Assembly: GCF_013365475.1 (NCBI RefSeq)
Contig: NZ_CP046579.1
Span: 1 to 32,000, forward strand
Direction: 5' to 3'
DNA: 32,000 nt
From: Candidatus Saccharimonadota bacterium
GTDB taxonomy: Bacteria; Pseudomonadota; Alphaproteobacteria; Rickettsiales; Anaplasmataceae
Program-made: the position numbers and the translations under genes
The notes under the pieces: generated by a model
The model's input: the letters and a program-made list of their open reading frames with translations, nothing else
The model's database searches: none
Told to the model about the DNA's origin: nothing
In this document: piece by piece, positions 28,660 through 32,000 of the stretch
Layout of the letters: the number at the start of each line of letters is the position of its first letter
Numbering within the stretch: position 1 is the stretch's first letter

Positions 28660-31600
28660 ATGAAGTTATGCTTAGGTAAGTTTTGTTTTAGATTACTGCT
28701 CCTTGCATCTTATGTATTAATAACAGGTTGTGAAAAAAACGATATGCCCTTTCCAAGATGTATATCTGCTGACTATTTTGGTCCCGAACCTATTACAGTA
28801 GATGCCCACTTTTCAGATGATCACGATGCTTTGATTTCTAATGATGAAGAAATAACTGACCCTAATATTGGAGAATCTAATAATGGTCACTATCCTAACA
28901 AAGCAGTTAAATGGAAAGACACAGGACTTGAAACTAACGGAGACGATTTAGTAGTACGAGTTAATGGTGCATGGACATCTTGGAGTAATAATGGTGAAAA
29001 ACTGAAAAGCACCTATAGCTTGCAAAAATTGGAACAAATGAAATATACAACTAAATTTGAAGGCAAACAAGGTGATAACAGTTTACCTGGTTTTCACTTA
29101 GCTTGTAATGATTACTCTGATATACAGAGATTTTCAAGTAACCTTAATGGAAATTGTACTGTGAACTGTAAGTGCATTAATAAAAATAGCAGCAGCAATA
29201 CAGTATTACTTAGCACACCATGCTGGTTCACTAACGGTCATGGAGCTTATTTCCTGTTCAGGAGATCTAACACAAATGCTAGTGGCAGGAAAGAATTTAT
29301 AGATCCCAACCCTAATGATAATTTAGAGTTAATTCTTAATCCTCAATCTCCTACTATACATCTAGGTTATAATTCCATAGCAGAAGGCAGAAGTGGGCTT
29401 TTTATCTTGAAAAAGGGTGATAGGACTAAGTTAAAGGATAAAAATTGTAATGCGCTGAAGTTAGAAAAAGGGTGGAAAATATATGTAAAAATATTGGATA
29501 GATATTACTCAGATAATGCAGGTGGATATTCCTTTGAATTTCTGAGCGGAGTACAAAAACCTGGTATTGTTGGACTTTTCGATTACACCTATAACTATCT
29601 AAAATGTGCATTATTGATTAATGAAAACTGTAAAAAGCATTTTAATAGTGACTGTCCTACAGCTGCACAAGCTATATTCGAAAATATAGCAGAAAAAAGT
29701 ACGAGCTTTCATAATCTTGTTCTTTCCTTACTTGTGCTGTTTATAACAATCTCATCACTCCTTTATCTTTTTGGAATGATACGAGAGACTAAGCATGATT
29801 TGCTTATCAGAATAATGAAAATCACTCTGGTAGTAGTACTTACATCTCCTGGAAGTTTTAGGTTTTTCTATGATCATTTTCTTGCTTTATTTGTCAAAGG
29901 TCTTGAACACTTGATAAGTATAATTACCAATTTTGCTCCTAACATGGATACAGGAAGTATTCCTCGAGGAAGCGAAACTCATATTAAGTTGTTTAATTTT
30001 ATGGAAGAAATGTTCGATAAATTTTTTGCTTACTCTGTTTGGAAAAAACTTGCAGCGCTTTTTCATTATCAAATGTGGACAAGCATCTTTATTGTACCTC
30101 CTATCCTTATAGGAATTGTTTTATATTTCCTGCTATGTGTATATGCTTACATAATATTCCTTTTTGGCTTTGTAGGTACAGCTTTCCTTATAGCTATAAT
30201 GCCACTGTTTCTCATTTCTATTTTATTTTCACCACTGAAAAGTCTATTTGAAGGTTGGATAAAATTCTGTATCAGCCTTTGTTTACAATCGATCATGATA
30301 TTTGCCTTACTGTCATTGTTAGCCTCAATTATAATGAACACTTTTTACAGACAGCTAGGGTTCACTGTATGTTACAATAAGTGGCTTGAAGTAAAATTGT
30401 GTGCTCCAAGATGGGTACTTGGAGGGTTTTGCATTATTGATAAACAGTACTTTGGTTGGACTCCAGGACAAATTTTTATACCCTACTCTCTTGGAGAGAG
30501 AGCTTCATTGAAAGTGGATAAAAGTGTAGAGGATACAGAAAAATTAAGCAGAGTAAGTAGTACAGTAAAATTTACTGGTGGTGCTCACTATATTCATCTT
30601 CCCCCAAATTATATCGAAGAGGGTTTCCGTTATATAGATTATCCTTTCCTTAACCCCATTACAAGTACTAAAGATAATCCAGCAGATCACTATATCACTG
30701 AAAGTGATATAGTAGTTGACAAGAACTGTAGTGCCAAAGACTTGGTACGTTTAATAAACAGTTTATCTCATGCTACAGAAAAAGACGATGTTTTACTGTT
30801 AATCAAAAATATAGAAAAAAAAATAGACAACATAGATAATGAACTCGCAGAGCGTTACTGCCATCTTCAAAAAGATGAAGGTAAATGCAAAGATTACAAA
30901 AGAATAATAGAAGATTATAGGAGAGGCATTATTCAACCAAATTTAAAAAGTGAAATAAAATCCTTATCAGAAAGAATAATAGAAAGTCAGGGTTGTAGAG
31001 TAATAAAATTTCATGAACTAAATAAGAACCTTAACGATAAATTCTGCCAGAAATATGAAGATTACAATGATTGCAAAAATTATCAATTGATAAGTAGAGA
31101 TTACCGAAGAGTACAAGACATACAAAAAGGCTATCTAATTGATATAGGAGAGGTTTTTATGTTATTTTTTCTTTCATTTTTAATGTTCTCCTTACGCGAG
31201 TTTGTACAACAGGTAGGGTCAAGTATCGCGAGCGGTGGCTTTAGTCTTTATAGTATATCTAATATATATTCAACATCACCTCTGATTAGAGTAATAGATG
31301 GATTCAAACACCAGTGGCAAAATTTTTCTGGTAGCAAACTAGAATCATTAGGAAGTTGGGCTACCCATTTACCAAATAGATTTGCCGGGGGGGCAGCTAA
31401 CGTATTGAACAGGGTGCCAAAAGTTGGGAATGTGCTAAAATACACTATTGATGTGCCACGCAAACTTGTAAGTGCTGCTATTGAAGCAACAAAATTTGTA
31501 ACATCATCTGAAAACAGTGTTGATAAGCTCGAAGAAAAAATTTATAAAGCATTTGGAATTGATAAAGAAGATATTCTACATAGAAGAATTGGCAGATATT

Positions 31601-31827
31601 TAGACTATTATAAAGTATATACTGGATCACACTTAGGTTATACAATAGAAGATGCCATAAGGTTTACTTGGAGGCATACTGTTGATTCTATAGGAAAGCA
31701 TAGCTATAGCTGTAATTTACTCTATAGAACAAGATCTTATAGGAGAGAGTTCTTAGAAAAACTTCATGATTATACTATAGGACACATGAAAAAGCCAGAG
31801 AGGGATAAAGAAAATGATGAAAGTTAA
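28660..31827 (+). CDS. virB6: Enlarged VirB6/TrbL-family T4SS protein, paralog 4 (predicted lipoprotein, long C-terminal extension)
   Basis: 1055 aa. The lipobox ITGC lies at 28720-28731. The N-domain is about 340 aa. The TM core (nt ~29700-30345) carries MPLFLISILFSPLKSLFEGWIKF. A C-terminal extension of about 490 aa follows, with one more hydrophobic helix at nt ~31141-31200. Confidence 0.85.
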   Translation: MKLCLGKFCFRLLLLASYVLITGCEKNDMPFPRCISADYFGPEPITVDAHFSDDHDALISNDEEITDPNIGESNNGHYPNKAVKWKDTGLETNGDDLVVRVNGAWTSWSNNGEKLKSTYSLQKLEQMKYTTKFEGKQGDNSLPGFHLACNDYSDIQRFSSNLNGNCTVNCKCINKNSSSNTVLLSTPCWFTNGHGAYFLFRRSNTNASGRKEFIDPNPNDNLELILNPQSPTIHLGYNSIAEGRSGLFILKKGDRTKLKDKNCNALKLEKGWKIYVKILDRYYSDNAGGYSFEFLSGVQKPGIVGLFDYTYNYLKCALLINENCKKHFNSDCPTAAQAIFENIAEKSTSFHNLVLSLLVLFITISSLLYLFGMIRETKHDLLIRIMKITLVVVLTSPGSFRFFYDHFLALFVKGLEHLISIITNFAPNMDTGSIPRGSETHIKLFNFMEEMFDKFFAYSVWKKLAALFHYQMWTSIFIVPPILIGIVLYFLLCVYAYIIFLFGFVGTAFLIAIMPLFLISILFSPLKSLFEGWIKFCISLCLQSIMIFALLSLLASIIMNTFYRQLGFTVCYNKWLEVKLCAPRWVLGGFCIIDKQYFGWTPGQIFIPYSLGERASLKVDKSVEDTEKLSRVSSTVKFTGGAHYIHLPPNYIEEGFRYIDYPFLNPITSTKDNPADHYITESDIVVDKNCSAKDLVRLINSLSHATEKDDVLLLIKNIEKKIDNIDNELAERYCHLQKDEGKCKDYKRIIEDYRRGIIQPNLKSEIKSLSERIIESQGCRVIKFHELNKNLNDKFCQKYEDYNDCKNYQLISRDYRRVQDIQKGYLIDIGEVFMLFFLSFLMFSLREFVQQVGSSIASGGFSLYSISNIYSTSPLIRVIDGFKHQWQNFSGSKLESLGSWATHLPNRFAGGAANVLNRVPKVGNVLKYTIDVPRKLVSAAIEATKFVTSSENSVDKLEEKIYKAFGIDKEDILHRRIGRYLDYYKVYTGSHLGYTIEDAIRFTWRHTVDSIGKHSYSCNLLYRTRSYRREFLEKLHDYTIGHMKKPERDKENDES
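30838..30936 (+). repeat. Copy A of an intragenic protein repeat in the VirB6-4 C-terminal extension
   Basis: NELAERYCHLQKDEGKCKDYKRIIEDYRRGIIQ, with the pattern C-x8-C-K-[DN]-Y-x2-I-x2-D-Y-R-R shared with copy B. Confidence 0.6.
31024..31125 (+). repeat. Copy B of an intragenic protein repeat in the VirB6-4 C-terminal extension
   Basis: KNLNDKFCQKYEDYNDCKNYQLISRDYRRVQDIQ aligns with copy A, starting 62 codons later. The Cys spacing and the CK[DN]Y..I..DYRR pattern are identical. Confidence 0.6.
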
Positions 31828-32000
31828 TAAAAAAAATTTTCAAGACTTTGACTACTATAAACTACGCCATGATAAGAATGGTCATATAAAGTTGAGTGAT
31901 TATGATGACATTTTAAATGCACGTAGAGCACGATTAGACCTACTATTAGATAAAGTCAAGGAAGATGATATTAATCTTTCAAAGATTAATAGAGCTCTTA
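31814..32000 (+). CDS. 5' part of an unlisted ORF translationally coupled to virB6-4; product unknown
   Basis: My own translation from ATG 31814 is MMKVNKKNFQDFDYYKLRHDKNGHIKLSDYDDILNARRARLDLLLDKVKEDDINLSKINRAL..., which is 62 open codons to the window edge. The ORF overlaps the virB6-4 stop by 14 nt, and a GAGAGGG purine tract lies about 9 nt upstream. It is absent from the ORF track, presumably because no stop lies in the window. Confidence 0.5.
   Translation, partial: MMKVNKKNFQDFDYYKLRHDKNGHIKLSDYDDILNARRARLDLLLDKVKEDDINLSKINRAL

Noticed and set aside
18803-31463. Many minus-strand ORFs of 61-137 aa scattered through virB4 and the virB6 genes (for example 20571-20984, 21264-21635, 24795-25121, 28031-28357, 31248-31463), plus the plus-strand out-of-frame ORF 30039-30251
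   Set aside because: All lie antisense to, or out of frame within, long coherent T4SS genes. Antisense frames of Gly/Ala/Ile-rich membrane segments stay open by chance. None has an RBS or a motif.

Overview
AT-rich segment (about one-third GC by eye) that looks like the chromosome of a genome-reduced obligate intracellular alphaproteobacterium: order Rickettsiales, family Anaplasmataceae. Three things fit a Wolbachia-like organism better than Ehrlichia or Anaplasma: class I LysRS, the virB3-virB4-4x virB6 arrangement with no sodB upstream, and VirB6 paralogs of about 800-1050 aa. I cannot confirm this without a database search.

The window has two parts.

(1) Positions 1-17942 carry scattered housekeeping genes: a 5-formyl-THF cyclo-ligase, a PyrK-like NAD/2Fe-2S module, tRNA-Ser(GGA), gyrB, an alpha/beta hydrolase, a membrane cytochrome c, recJ, an orphan 156-aa protein, miaA, purH, fumC and class I lysS. 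They are separated by unusually long ORF-free gaps of 0.4-1.3 kb. About 27-30% of this part is non-coding.

(2) Positions 17943-32000 hold a very compact rvh-type type IV secretion operon, with less than 2% non-coding sequence. It contains virB3, virB4 and four tandem, greatly enlarged virB6 paralogs. A further ORF overlaps the last stop codon and runs off the window.

I found no CRISPR array, IS element or transposase, prophage gene, toxin-antitoxin pair or recognisable defence gene, and no convincing evidence of a wholly new system. The features most worth follow-up are:
- the uncharacterised extra domains of the VirB6 paralogs: lipobox plus Cys-rich periplasmic N-domains in three of them, a signal peptide plus TM hairpin in the first, and a 490-aa C-terminal extension with a duplicated Cys motif in the fourth;
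- the coupled downstream ORF;
- the composition-skewed non-coding relic regions.
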